Source: Saccharicrinis sp. (GTDB taxonomy: Bacteria > Bacteroidota > Bacteroidia > Bacteroidales > Marinilabiliaceae). Taken from it: a stretch of DNA of 64,000 nucleotides. Below the pieces are notes generated by a model. It searched no databases. It saw only the letters and a program-made list of their open reading frames with translations, and was not told the DNA's origin. The stretch spans positions 5,986 to 69,985 of the forward strand of contig JAGXIO010000137.1 in the NCBI GenBank assembly GCA_024635555.1, in the 5' to 3' direction. Position 1 is the stretch's first letter, and every line of letters starts with the position of its first letter. Both the position numbers and the translations under genes were made by a program. Below are positions 36,945 through 46,401 of this stretch, in pieces.

Positions 36945-38349
36945 ATACAGTAAAAAAGTAGATTGGCTTACCGTATCCATTTATCTGATAATGGTAATTT
37001 TTGGCTGGTTTAATATTTACGCCGCCAATTATGATCCCGAAAATCCAATTTTTTTTGACCCCGGAAAAGAATATGCCAAACAGTTAATTTGGATAGGCCT
37101 TTCTGTAATCATCATTTGGGTTTTAATTATGACAGACAGTAAATTTTACGTTGCCTTCTCTTATTTTTTATATGGGTTGTCCGTATTTCTGCTCTTTTCT
37201 GTTATATTTTTTGGCAAAGAAATTAATGGTGCCAAGTCATGGTTCGAATTAGGTCCTTTGAGGTTTCAGCCGGTGGAGTTAGGAAAAATAGCCACGGCAC
37301 TTGTTATGTCGCGTATTATGAGCAGGCATGATTTTTCGTTTAACAAACCAGCTAAGGTTGCCAAAATTATTGGCCTCTGGGCATTGCCCGTGATGTGTAT
37401 TTTTTTACAAAATGATACAGGCTCGGCCTTGGTGTTTTTTGTGTTTATCTTGCCATTTTACCGCGAAGGACTTACAGGTAATATTTTGATATTTGGAATC
37501 CTAACTGCTGTTGTGGCCATACTTACCTTGGTGTATCCCAACACACTTATAATTTGGTTAATTTTGGTGGCTACTCTTTTGTTTTTACTAATAAAAATTG
37601 ACAAAAAAGTAACCGGTATTGGTGCTGCTGTTTTACTTGGAGGCTTCACGCTGGCATTAACCATATATTCCATTCTTGGTCAAGCCCTGCGATGGGAGAT
37701 ATTTACCGTTATAGGCATGGCAGGTTTATCCATATATTTATTGATTAAAGGTTTTGTAAAAAACTTAAAGCCTGTTATACCGGCTCTAATCTTCATGTGG
37801 AGTTTGGTAGCGGTAACCTTTACGGTAGATTACTTTGTGGACGATGTGCTTTCGGAATACCAAAGGAACAGAGTTTATGTGTTGTTGGGTTTTAAAGACG
37901 ATCCCTTAGGTGCCGGCTATAATGTAAACCAATCGAAAATTGCCATCGGATCTGGAGGATTAACTGGCAAGGGCTACTTGGAGGGAACGCAAACTAAATT
38001 TGATTTTGTACCCGAACAAAGTACCGACTTTATATTTTGTACCGTAGGCGAGGAGTGGGGCTATTTGGGTACTTTTGCGGTTGTTTTTCTGTATGTGTTC
38101 CTTATATTTAGGCTCATCTACCTTGCCGAAAAGCAACATTCGCCTTTTAGCCGTATTTATGGATATTGTGTAGCTTCCATCTTTTTTTACCATATGGCTA
38201 TCAATATTGGTATGACAATAGGTTTGGCCCCAGTGATAGGAATTCCACTACCGTTTTTCAGTTATGGTGGCTCATCGCTATGGGGATTTACAACCTTGTT
38301 GTTTATCTTCCTAAAGCTCGATACCGACCGTAATGAACTGATTAGGTAA
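36931..38349 (+). CDS. rodA: Peptidoglycan glycosyltransferase RodA (SEDS family)
   Basis: FtsW/RodA/SpoVE topology with the C-terminal GIPLPFFSYGGSS motif. 14-nt overlap with mrdA. Confidence 0.9.
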   Translation: MVQNKYSKKVDWLTVSIYLIMVIFGWFNIYAANYDPENPIFFDPGKEYAKQLIWIGLSVIIIWVLIMTDSKFYVAFSYFLYGLSVFLLFSVIFFGKEINGAKSWFELGPLRFQPVELGKIATALVMSRIMSRHDFSFNKPAKVAKIIGLWALPVMCIFLQNDTGSALVFFVFILPFYREGLTGNILIFGILTAVVAILTLVYPNTLIIWLILVATLLFLLIKIDKKVTGIGAAVLLGGFTLALTIYSILGQALRWEIFTVIGMAGLSIYLLIKGFVKNLKPVIPALIFMWSLVAVTFTVDYFVDDVLSEYQRNRVYVLLGFKDDPLGAGYNVNQSKIAIGSGGLTGKGYLEGTQTKFDFVPEQSTDFIFCTVGEEWGYLGTFAVVFLYVFLIFRLIYLAEKQHSPFSRIYGYCVASIFFYHMAINIGMTIGLAPVIGIPLPFFSYGGSSLWGFTTLLFIFLKLDTDRNELIR

Positions 38350-38618
38350 TGTGTGTAACCTAGATAAAGTGGCAGTATTTTAAAATAGCAATTTTGTAAT
38401 AACTCAACTCTTATCGCTTATTTCATTTACATTTATTATAATATCTTTGTGCGTTTTAAGTGTATTATTGAGAGACAAGATAGGATTGAAAATTAAATTA
38501 GGTTGAGCTGAGGTGAATTTTATAAAGCGGACTTTAGCAATAACCTGATTAAAATGTATAGGGATTAGTAAGCCGAGAATGAATTTTTATAGAGTACTTA
38601 ACGTTTAAACCGATCATA

Positions 38619-39575
38619 TTGTCATTCATAAAAAAACACTCCAAAGCATTAAAATTGTTGGCCAAGATAGCTTTATCGGCAACCGCTTTATATTACGTCT
38701 TTTCAAAAATTGATTTAAAACAAACCTTTGAAGCAATTAGAGGCATCAACGTTTGGTTCTTGTTTGTTGCTATTCTTGTTTATGCCATTTCCCAAGTAAT
38801 TTCTGCGTTTAGGTTAAACACCTTTTACAAATATGTTCCGGTTAAGATAAGTACCATCACCAATATTAAATTGTATTGGCTGGGTATGTTTTATAATCTG
38901 TTTTTACCGGGTGGAGTAGGAGGCGATGGCTATAAAGTGTTTTTAATTCGTCGTTACCACAACGCTTCGGTAAAGAGGCTGATAGGAACGGTTTTGGCTG
39001 ATAGACTCAGCGGTTTATCCATAATATTGGTATACTTATGTGCGCTGGTATATTTTATAGATTACGATTTATCTAAAACCGCTATGCCGGAGGATGGTAT
39101 TCAATTAGTACACGATATTTTAGTTTGGATTAATCCGTTTCTAAATTATTTTATCATTTTTATCCCATTTATTGCCGTCGGATACTATTTGTATTTGAGG
39201 GTTTTTAGCCGCCATTTAGTGGGTGCTGCATGGCGCGTGTTACTCCTTTCGCTAATTATACAGGGTCTGCAGATGGTCTCTGCAATCATTATCCTAAAAT
39301 CTATGGGTACCGAATTGGTAGGGCAACAAAATGATTATCTCTTCCTGTTTTTATTGTCCAGCATTATGTCGGCCATTCCTATATCGTTAGGTGGACTTGG
39401 ATTAAGGGAGGTAACTTTTATGTTCGGCTCGCAATATCTAGGTTTGAACCAAGATCATGCTATTGCCTTAAGTATTCTATTTTATAGCATTTCCTTATTG
39501 GTTTCGTTATTTGGAGGATACTACGCCTACAAACCAAGTGCTATATTTAAAGGTGAGGTTGCTATTAGTCGTTAG
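38619..39575 (+). CDS. Lysylphosphatidylglycerol-synthase-TM-region (UPF0104, flippase-like) family membrane protein
   Basis: Polytopic, with the LFLPGGVGGDGYKV motif. The TTG start is uncertain. Confidence 0.55.
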   Translation: MSFIKKHSKALKLLAKIALSATALYYVFSKIDLKQTFEAIRGINVWFLFVAILVYAISQVISAFRLNTFYKYVPVKISTITNIKLYWLGMFYNLFLPGGVGGDGYKVFLIRRYHNASVKRLIGTVLADRLSGLSIILVYLCALVYFIDYDLSKTAMPEDGIQLVHDILVWINPFLNYFIIFIPFIAVGYYLYLRVFSRHLVGAAWRVLLLSLIIQGLQMVSAIIILKSMGTELVGQQNDYLFLFLLSSIMSAIPISLGGLGLREVTFMFGSQYLGLNQDHAIALSILFYSISLLVSLFGGYYAYKPSAIFKGEVAISR

Positions 39576-39650
39576 CTATTGGCTTATGGTTATTGGCTTA
39601 TGGTTATTGGTTTATGGCTATTGGCTTATAGCGGATGGCTGTAGGCGATT
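39575..39650. repeat. 14-bp tandem array (TATTGGCTTATGGT x ~5, degenerating) starting at the stop codon
   Basis: GCTATTGGCTTATGGTTATTGGCTTATGGTTATTGGTTTATGGCTATTGGCTTATAGCGGATGGCTGTAGGCGATTAG. Confidence 0.85.
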
Positions 39651-39728
39651 AGTATTATGGTGCATAATTAGGGTTGATTGAAAGGTGGGGGATACCGAGG
39701 CGCATAGGTTTGGTTTATAATATAGGGC

Positions 39729-40547
39729 TTAATACTGCTCTCTTTCGTTGGGAAAGTCTACTGATTTTACATCCTGAATATAATTACCTACCGCTCCACT
39801 TATCTCTGCAAATAAGTTATGGTATCTACGCAAAAAACGGGGCGAAAACTCATGCGTTATTCCTAACATATCATGCAGCACCAATACTTGTCCATCCACG
39901 CCGCTACCGGCACCAATACCAATGATGGGAATGGTAAGTTCATCGGCCACTCTTTTGGCCAGGTCAGCGGGTATTTTTTCTAATACAATGGCAAAACATC
40001 CGGTTTCTTGCAGCAAATGCGCATCTTCAATTAACTTTTTAGCTTCTTCATCTTGCTTAGCTCTAACCGTGTAAGTGCCAAATTTATGAATAGACTGCGG
40101 TGTAAGGCCAAGATGTCCCATCACCGGTATTCCGGCCGAAAGAATTCTGGAAACACTCTCTACTACCTCGATACCTCCTTCTAATTTAACGGCATCTGCT
40201 GCGGTTTCTTTCATTATTCTGATCGCTGATGACAACGCTTCCTTTGAATTACCCTGATAAGTACCAAAAGGCATATCAACTACTACAAGTGCTCTTTGAA
40301 CGCCACGCACAACAGATGCGCCGTGGTATATCATTTGATCCAAAGTAATGGGTAAGGTAGTTTCCCAACCGGCCATTACATTCGATGCCGAATCACCAAC
40401 TAATATAACATCCACTCCAGCCTGATCAACAATCTTAGCCAACGAATAATCATAGGACGTTAGCATGGCTATTTTTTCCTTGTTGTGCTTCATTTCACTC
40501 AATACATGCGTGGTCACCTTTCGTTGACGATTCATTGCTACCGACAT
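39729..40547 (-). CDS. panB: 3-methyl-2-oxobutanoate hydroxymethyltransferase
   Basis: LTSYDYS...VGDSASNV...VKLEGG motifs. Confidence 0.95.
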   Translation of the reverse strand: MSVAMNRQRKVTTHVLSEMKHNKEKIAMLTSYDYSLAKIVDQAGVDVILVGDSASNVMAGWETTLPITLDQMIYHGASVVRGVQRALVVVDMPFGTYQGNSKEALSSAIRIMKETAADAVKLEGGIEVVESVSRILSAGIPVMGHLGLTPQSIHKFGTYTVRAKQDEEAKKLIEDAHLLQETGCFAIVLEKIPADLAKRVADELTIPIIGIGAGSGVDGQVLVLHDMLGITHEFSPRFLRRYHNLFAEISGAVGNYIQDVKSVDFPNEREQY

Positions 40548-40829
40548 AATCTATCGTTTTTGTGTTAAACTGCGCCAAAGTTAATAAATTGTTAGGTGCA
40601 GCCTGTTACAAAATGTTAAACCTTTTAAGGTGTATCTAATATTTTATATTTTTGTGCGTTTGACTTTGAGTTACAAGTTCAGCGTTTTTAAGTTAAAAGT
40701 TCTTTTTATGTTTACAAGGCAAAATATTTGAAATTACAGTTAAAAGTTGGCCTTAAATATGTAACACCGCAAGGATTAAAAACAAGTACTTAAATAATAG
40801 TAAAATAATAAACAAGCAATACGTAATTT

Positions 40830-41402
40830 ATGAAACATTTATCATTAACCATCGCATTATTCATAGGCGTTGTAGGTTCTATTTTCGCTCAGCCATTGAC
40901 TTTTGAACAACAAAGCATAGGTATATCAATTGGTATTCCGTCCATGTATGACTATGGCTACACAACTCAATCGCCTGCTGTTACGGCTCATTACGAATAC
41001 GGATTGAGCGACAAAATAGGGATTGGCTATATTGGCTTTGGTGGATTACTTTCCATAGCTGGAGGCAAATATAACTCAACTATCGGAAACCCTGCTGTAA
41101 CCAACGATTTCAGTCAAACAATAATCGGCCCCAGAGCTGCCTACCACTTTGATATGGTTGACTTAACAGGTAATAAGGAATGGAACAAACTGGATGTGTA
41201 TGGAGGAGCCTTTATAGGGCTTAAGTTCGAAAGAGCAAAATATACGGATTTGGACAACAAAACCTTTAAAGACAATAGCACCAAGCTGGCTACGGATCTG
41301 TTTGCTGGTATCCGTTATGCTTTTACACCTAATATTGGTGCTTTTAGCGAGTTAGGTTTTGGTGTAAGCTACGTGAGTATTGGCGTAAGCTTTCGGTTTT
41401 AA
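40830..41402 (+). CDS. Small outer-membrane beta-barrel protein (porin-family/OmpW-like), hypothetical
   Basis: Signal peptide, alternating strands, C-terminal GVSFRF. Confidence 0.5.
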   Translation: MKHLSLTIALFIGVVGSIFAQPLTFEQQSIGISIGIPSMYDYGYTTQSPAVTAHYEYGLSDKIGIGYIGFGGLLSIAGGKYNSTIGNPAVTNDFSQTIIGPRAAYHFDMVDLTGNKEWNKLDVYGGAFIGLKFERAKYTDLDNKTFKDNSTKLATDLFAGIRYAFTPNIGAFSELGFGVSYVSIGVSFRF

Positions 41403-41431
41403 AAGCACCCCTATTTGTTATAAATTAGATT

Positions 41432-41460
41432 AAAGCCAGCTTTTTTAGTTGGCTTTTTTG
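41432..41460 (+). terminator. Rho-independent terminator
   Basis: AAAGCCAGC-TTTTTTA-GTTGGCTTT followed by a T-run. Confidence 0.6.
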
Positions 41461-41545
41461 CTGAGTATGCCTTTCTTAATCTATCAGTATTTTACTGTTA
41501 ATTTTTCTTTTTTCACCTCTACTCTTCTAAAAATTAGGCATAAAA

Positions 41546-41575
41546 AAACTTCCGTCAGATTATTGACGGAAGTTT
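41546..41575 (-). terminator. Hairpin terminator downstream of the small wHTH gene (A/T tracts on both sides)
   Basis: 12-bp perfect arms AAACTTCCGTCA / TGACGGAAGTTT with a 6-nt loop. Confidence 0.7.
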
Positions 41576-41622
41576 AAAAATACGGTTTGGAATTAAATAC
41601 GCTTCTTTTCCAATCGGACTGA

Positions 41623-41823
41623 TTAGAAAACGTTAACTTGGTTATTAGACGCATAGATAAGTTTACCTTGGTTAATCATTGTAGTTACATAATTCAAACC
41701 TCTGGTCTGAGAAATTTTCAAATTCTTAAAAATTTCACCAATATGAACCGGCTGTTGTTCGCTAACAAATGATATAATTTTGTCTTCCAAGTTGTTTTTA
41801 GTTTTTCGGCTCTCTTTAAACAT
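41623..41823 (-). CDS. Small (66 aa) winged-helix/HTH-like hypothetical protein
   Basis: MFKESRK...QPVHIGEIFKNLKISQTRGLNYVTTMINQGKL resembles a wHTH. The ATG at 41823 is preferred over the TTG at 41832. Confidence 0.4.
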   Translation of the reverse strand: MFKESRKTKNNLEDKIISFVSEQQPVHIGEIFKNLKISQTRGLNYVTTMINQGKLIYASNNQVNVF

Positions 41824-42093
41824 AATACACAAAAATTTAATGGTTAGTTTATTTATTTATTAATTCACTTAAATAATAACAAGATTAATTCCGAAATATA
41901 GGAAGCTTGATTTACTTCGGGTCTATTAACACTTATTAACATTTAAGGAATAGTTCAAATATAGCAATAATTACACAGACATCCCAATAAAAACAACAAA
42001 TAATTATGGCTTTCTTAGGATTTTGACGAGTAGCATTAATACATTGTTTAACTATAAATAAAGATTGAGGATGGCATCCGCAAATACGCAATC

Positions 42094-42156
42094 TGTGGAA
42101 TTAGCATTCAAAAGTGTGGAACTCCATTGCCAAAGTGTAGAATATTTGCCATGCCG
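42094..42156. repeat. Three direct repeats phased at exactly 21 bp (TGTRGAA heptamer cores)
   Basis: TGTGGAATTAGCATTCAAAAG / TGTGGAACTCCATTGCCAAAG / TGTAGAATATTTGCCATGCCG. Confidence 0.75.
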
Positions 42157-42271
42157 TACTATGATAACTAACTTCATATCAGTCTTTATTCGGTCGTTTT
42201 TTGGTGCTTACAGCCCAATATTGATCCTCTCATAACTGAATGCCCTTTTACTTTTCCGCTTTGTACACCAA

Positions 42272-42883
42272 TTACCGGACACCACTTTTCGCTGTAAGCT
42301 TTACGCTTCTTTTCAGCTTACTGCTTGCTGTTGACTGGATATACTCCGCTATCAAATTTGTTTTTTGCCGGATATCTTCCGTTATCGCATTTACCGAAAC
42401 AGTGGCTCCGGATATGGAATCCACATCCTTCCCCACTATCAGTTCTGTTTTGTTGTTATAGTCCATAAACTGTTTTAACCACCCTCTAGCCATTACTTCG
42501 TGACCGTGGGTAGCCGCATAGTTAAATATTTTAACCAACTCCACTTTTGCATGCCCATCAAAAAGAATAAAGTAATCAAAATACTCTGATGTTCCGGATG
42601 TTTCGTTATTAATGGAGCAGCCTCCAGTCCTGCAACTATTCACTCTCCCAACATAAACGTATTTTGTTTGTGCTCCCACCATAGTAAAAAACCGCCCTTC
42701 TACCGGAATATTAGCATTGATATCTATCTGGATAAGTTCATCGATATCTGAACTCCAGCATTTCTCTATTTCCTTTTTTAAGGCTTTAGCGGTGTAATCC
42801 ACTTGGGTTTGAGCACTGCTGATGCCAACAATAAGCCACGATATAAGGACGATTAAAATACTACTATGTTTATTCACCATCAT
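42272..42883 (-). CDS. Secreted FMN_bind-domain protein with a canonical flavinylation motif
   Basis: Signal peptide. DSISGATVS at nt 42395-42421 (predicted target Thr161). Also RVNSCRTGGCS and ATHGHE motifs. Confidence 0.75.
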   Translation of the reverse strand: MMVNKHSSILIVLISWLIVGISSAQTQVDYTAKALKKEIEKCWSSDIDELIQIDINANIPVEGRFFTMVGAQTKYVYVGRVNSCRTGGCSINNETSGTSEYFDYFILFDGHAKVELVKIFNYAATHGHEVMARGWLKQFMDYNNKTELIVGKDVDSISGATVSVNAITEDIRQKTNLIAEYIQSTASSKLKRSVKLTAKSGVR

Positions 42884-42940
42884 CTTTTGATTAAACTTGT
42901 CTAAAAATTAATTTAAGGTTAATTGCCGGCCAACAGCACC

Positions 42941-44143
42941 TTAAAACATCAACCCAAAGCCTGCATTAAAAGTGGCTTTCGCCTTATCGTCGGCCTCTGT
43001 TTTCACAAACTGCACATCCGTTTTAAATGCTACATTGGGATCCATTTTCCAAGTTAAACCCGCGGTGATTACACTAGCAGCATAGGCTTTGTTTCTTACT
43101 ATTCCCTGTTCAACGGAGTTTTGCGTATCGTATCTCTCGATCCTTACAAACGGGATTAGCTCGGTTTTAACCTGCTCAAGCGTATTAAAAACGTTGTAGG
43201 CCACCTCGGCATAATAACCGATCATAGATTTTCCCATATCGTTGTTCTTTCCCTTGGAGGCAGTAAATTCGTTATACTCCTTGGTATTGCCCAAACTATT
43301 ATAATAAAACTGACCTCTGATTTGAAGTCCACTTGTTGAGTAACGAAGGTCAGCACCTATCATGGCCATATTGACAATTGAAGAGTCGGCCAGCGCCAAG
43401 GCATTATTGTCGTCTTTGTTTATGCCATCGTACAAGGTGCTTTGTGACTTACCAAAATATCCCGACAAGCCCAGATTAAGTCCCCTGACACCAAAATACT
43501 CGATTTTTGCGGCAAAGTTGGGCGAGCTGATATAAGATTCTGCTCCCTTTTGCCGACCTTTACGCAAACCATCCTTGCCTCGAAATTTACCCGTTCCGTC
43601 AAAGCCGTTAAAACCATTCATTACATAAGCCTGATAACGCATTTTGGCCGGAACAAAAACCCCAGTAAAACCTAAACCAATCTCGCGCCATGTAGAGGGT
43701 GCAATCAAATTGTCGATATGTGGGCGTTCTACCCCATTAAAAGTATTAGGCTCGTGGTATTCGTTAACAATACCCATAGGAGTTAATATTAAACCAGCTC
43801 TTAGGTTAAATGCGTTGTTTATTTTGTATTGCATAAAAGCCTGCTCCACATAAACCTCGCTCACATGCTCATATTCAATCTCGCTAATAAATTGTGTCCG
43901 TTCGTTAAATTGGTAACCCAACAGCATTACAACCCTGTGGACGTCTAATGTTCCGTTGCTTCTTACTTCGGAACTTATGGGCTGGTTGTAGTGTACCTCG
44001 GCATAACCGCCTATTTTTAGGTTGCCTTCGGTTTGTAGCAATCTTTCGGCTGCATTAAAATATAAATTTTTATTCTCGGTTGACTGCGCTCTCATCAAAA
44101 TAGAACACGCTGCAAAAGCAAGGATTAAAAATAATGTCTTCAT
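42941..44143 (-). CDS. Outer-membrane porin (OprO/P-like beta-barrel)
   Basis: Signal peptide, LKIGGYAEVHYNQ start, C-terminal GFGLMF. 57 nt upstream of the FMN_bind gene. A candidate -7 box (TACCTTTG on the minus strand) lies at 44203-44210. Confidence 0.6.
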   Translation of the reverse strand: MKTLFLILAFAACSILMRAQSTENKNLYFNAAERLLQTEGNLKIGGYAEVHYNQPISSEVRSNGTLDVHRVVMLLGYQFNERTQFISEIEYEHVSEVYVEQAFMQYKINNAFNLRAGLILTPMGIVNEYHEPNTFNGVERPHIDNLIAPSTWREIGLGFTGVFVPAKMRYQAYVMNGFNGFDGTGKFRGKDGLRKGRQKGAESYISSPNFAAKIEYFGVRGLNLGLSGYFGKSQSTLYDGINKDDNNALALADSSIVNMAMIGADLRYSTSGLQIRGQFYYNSLGNTKEYNEFTASKGKNNDMGKSMIGYYAEVAYNVFNTLEQVKTELIPFVRIERYDTQNSVEQGIVRNKAYAASVITAGLTWKMDPNVAFKTDVQFVKTEADDKAKATFNAGFGLMF

Positions 44144-44456
44144 TAATTATTGGTTTAAATTGTTATTAAGAGCAAGGTGACTATTATTGCACCTCAACAT
44201 TACAAAGGTATTTCATTGCCTTATTGCTCGAAATAACCATTTATAGGTAAAAATTGATAGGGTGTTTTAATAATAATAAAGTAAAATTTAACGCAATAAC
44301 AGAAAAACACAACAATAACACGCACATTGATTGCATGTTATATGTTTTCAACAAAAAACAATGGAATAAAAGATAAACTAAATAGTAATTAATAATAGGG
44401 ATAGAATAGAAATCACAAACTCGTAAAAAATGAGAAATGGGTTATAATAGAATAGC

Positions 44457-45485
44457 TTAATATTTCCATTTGTTTGCCAATGCCACCAATGTCAACATTA
44501 TAGGTACTTCAACCAATACGCCAACAACGGTTACCAATGCCGCAGGAGATTGCAAGCCAAAAAGTGCGATTGCAACAGCAACGGCTAGTTCAAAAAAGTT
44601 ACTGGCTCCAATCATTGCTGAAGGCGAACAAATAGCATGAGGCAATTTTAACTTTCTTCCCACAAACCATGTGAGGAAAAATATAAAATAGGTTTGAATG
44701 ATTAGCGGAACTGCTACCAATAAAATAATTAGTGGGTTGTCTGTAATTGTATTTCCTTGAAAGGCAAATAACAACACCAATGTTAGTAATAATGCGATAA
44801 TAGATACAGGCTTAAATTTTGCTAGGAATGTACTTTTAAACCATTCTTCACCTTTTCTATTAATAACAACTTTATTAGTTATATAACCCGCGAGAAGCGG
44901 TACTACAACAAATATTGCAACACTAGATATAAGGGTGTCATAAGGTACTTGTATGTTTGTAATGCCTAATAACAGACCTACAATTGGGACAAAAGCCACT
45001 AAAATTATCAAGTCGTTTACCGATACCTGGATCAGCGTGTAATTTGGATCTCCATTGGTTAAATAACTCCACACAAACACCATGGCAGTGCAGGGGGCGG
45101 CGCCCAGTAAAATAGCGCCTGCAATGTATTCGCCAGCCAATTCGGGGCTTATAAATGCAGAATAAATCTTTGTGAAAAATATCCAGGCAAAAAATGCCAT
45201 GGTAAAAGGTTTTATCAGCCAATTGATCACAAGGGTTAGGATTAGACCTTTGGGGCGCTTTCCAACGTTTTTAATGCTCGAAAAGTCAATTTGAAGCATC
45301 ATCGGGTAAATCATTAACCAAACCAAAACGGCAACAGGTATATTTACGTTAAATATTTCCATTTTGCTCAAAACAGAAACGCTTTCGCCGGCAATATTAC
45401 CAATAAAAATACCTGCTCCAATGCACAGCGCAACCCAAAGTGTGAGATATTTTTCGAAAAATCCGATTTGCTTTTTTGCGTCCAT
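44457..45485 (-). CDS. acr3: Arsenite efflux transporter, ACR3 family
   Basis: 10-TM BART-superfamily pattern with the conserved Cys in GAAPCTAMV. Confidence 0.9.
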   Translation of the reverse strand: MDAKKQIGFFEKYLTLWVALCIGAGIFIGNIAGESVSVLSKMEIFNVNIPVAVLVWLMIYPMMLQIDFSSIKNVGKRPKGLILTLVINWLIKPFTMAFFAWIFFTKIYSAFISPELAGEYIAGAILLGAAPCTAMVFVWSYLTNGDPNYTLIQVSVNDLIILVAFVPIVGLLLGITNIQVPYDTLISSVAIFVVVPLLAGYITNKVVINRKGEEWFKSTFLAKFKPVSIIALLLTLVLLFAFQGNTITDNPLIILLVAVPLIIQTYFIFFLTWFVGRKLKLPHAICSPSAMIGASNFFELAVAVAIALFGLQSPAALVTVVGVLVEVPIMLTLVALANKWKY

Positions 45486-45487
45486 GA

Positions 45488-45922
45488 TTATAATTGCGGT
45501 TTGATTCGTTCGACATAGAATTTATAAAAACCCTCTTTAATTTCATCCCGAACACGTATAAACTCACTCCAAATAAATTCATCGGTTCCAGTAGCGTGTG
45601 ATGGGTCGTCAAAGCCAATGTGTAAACGATGTTTTACTTTTCCCATAAAAGCAGGACAAGCTTCGTTTGCCCCACCACAAACAGTAATTACATAGTCCCA
45701 TTCATCACGAAGAAATTTTTCAACTGAATCAGAGGTATGTGTGCTAATGTCTAAACCAATTTCAGACATGGCCTTAACAGCCTTTGCATTTAATTTGCCA
45801 GAAGCTTCTGTTCCTGCTGAACAAACGGTTAAGTTGGCATCAAAAGATTGTAAAAATCCATGTGCCATCTGGCTGCGGCAACTATTGCCAGTGCATAAAA
45901 TTAAAACTTTCATATTATTCAC
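45488..45922 (-). CDS. arsC: Arsenate reductase, LMW-PTPase (thioredoxin-coupled) type
   Basis: ILCTGNSCRSQMA P-loop plus downstream Cys residues. Confidence 0.9.
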   Translation of the reverse strand: MNNMKVLILCTGNSCRSQMAHGFLQSFDANLTVCSAGTEASGKLNAKAVKAMSEIGLDISTHTSDSVEKFLRDEWDYVITVCGGANEACPAFMGKVKHRLHIGFDDPSHATGTDEFIWSEFIRVRDEIKEGFYKFYVERIKPQL

Positions 45923-46247
45923 ATTTATAAGTTTGCGTATTCAAATTTTCAAGAAACAGTTCAAGGGCTTGTTTCAATTCATTCACTTTTTTGGGATTCA
46001 GGCAATACTTGGTTGTAACACCTTCAATGTGTCCCTGAATTAATCCAATAGCTTTTAATTCTTTAATGTGCTGGTTTACTGTTGTCCTTCCCAAAGGTAA
46101 TTCGTCGGAAATATCGCCCGTAATGCACGATTTTGATTCTGCTAGAAATTGAAGTATTTGTAATCGTGCAGGGTGCGCCAAAGCCTTAAAATAACTGGCG
46201 TTGACTGTAAATTCTTTTTCAAACAATTCGGATTTAGATTGTACCAT
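45915..46247 (-). CDS. arsR: ArsR/SmtB-family metalloregulator (paralog 1)
   Basis: ALAHPARLQILQFL...CITGDISDEL...TVNQHIKELK. 8-nt overlap with arsC. Start set to the ATG at 46247. Confidence 0.85.
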   Translation of the reverse strand: MVQSKSELFEKEFTVNASYFKALAHPARLQILQFLAESKSCITGDISDELPLGRTTVNQHIKELKAIGLIQGHIEGVTTKYCLNPKKVNELKQALELFLENLNTQTYKCE

Positions 46248-46256
46248 TTCATCTTC

Positions 46257-46305
46257 TTTGACGCAAACATACGTCAAATATTTTTTATGACGTACCTATA
46301 CGTCA
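46257..46305 (-). promoter_or_regulatory. Two TGACG/CGTCA palindromes, candidate ArsR-1 operators
   Basis: TTTGACG-N8-CGTCAAA (46257-46278) and TGACGTA-CCTA-TACGTCA (46288-46305). ATACGTCAAA is repeated directly 29 bp apart. Confidence 0.6.
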
Positions 46306-46401
46306 AAATGTAACCAAATTGTAATATTTTAGATTCTTAAAACCATTTGAGTTCCATTTTGTAATCGCCATAATTAGAAGGATAAATGCAAGGATTATTT
46401 T

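Noticed and set aside
39575-39650. Possible CRISPR array
   Set aside because: The period is only 14 bp, there are no unique spacers, and no cas genes are present. It is a simple tandem repeat.
39674-39925. 83-aa + strand ORF overlapping the panB 3' end
   Set aside because: It is antisense to panB and partly made of the tandem-repeat spacer.
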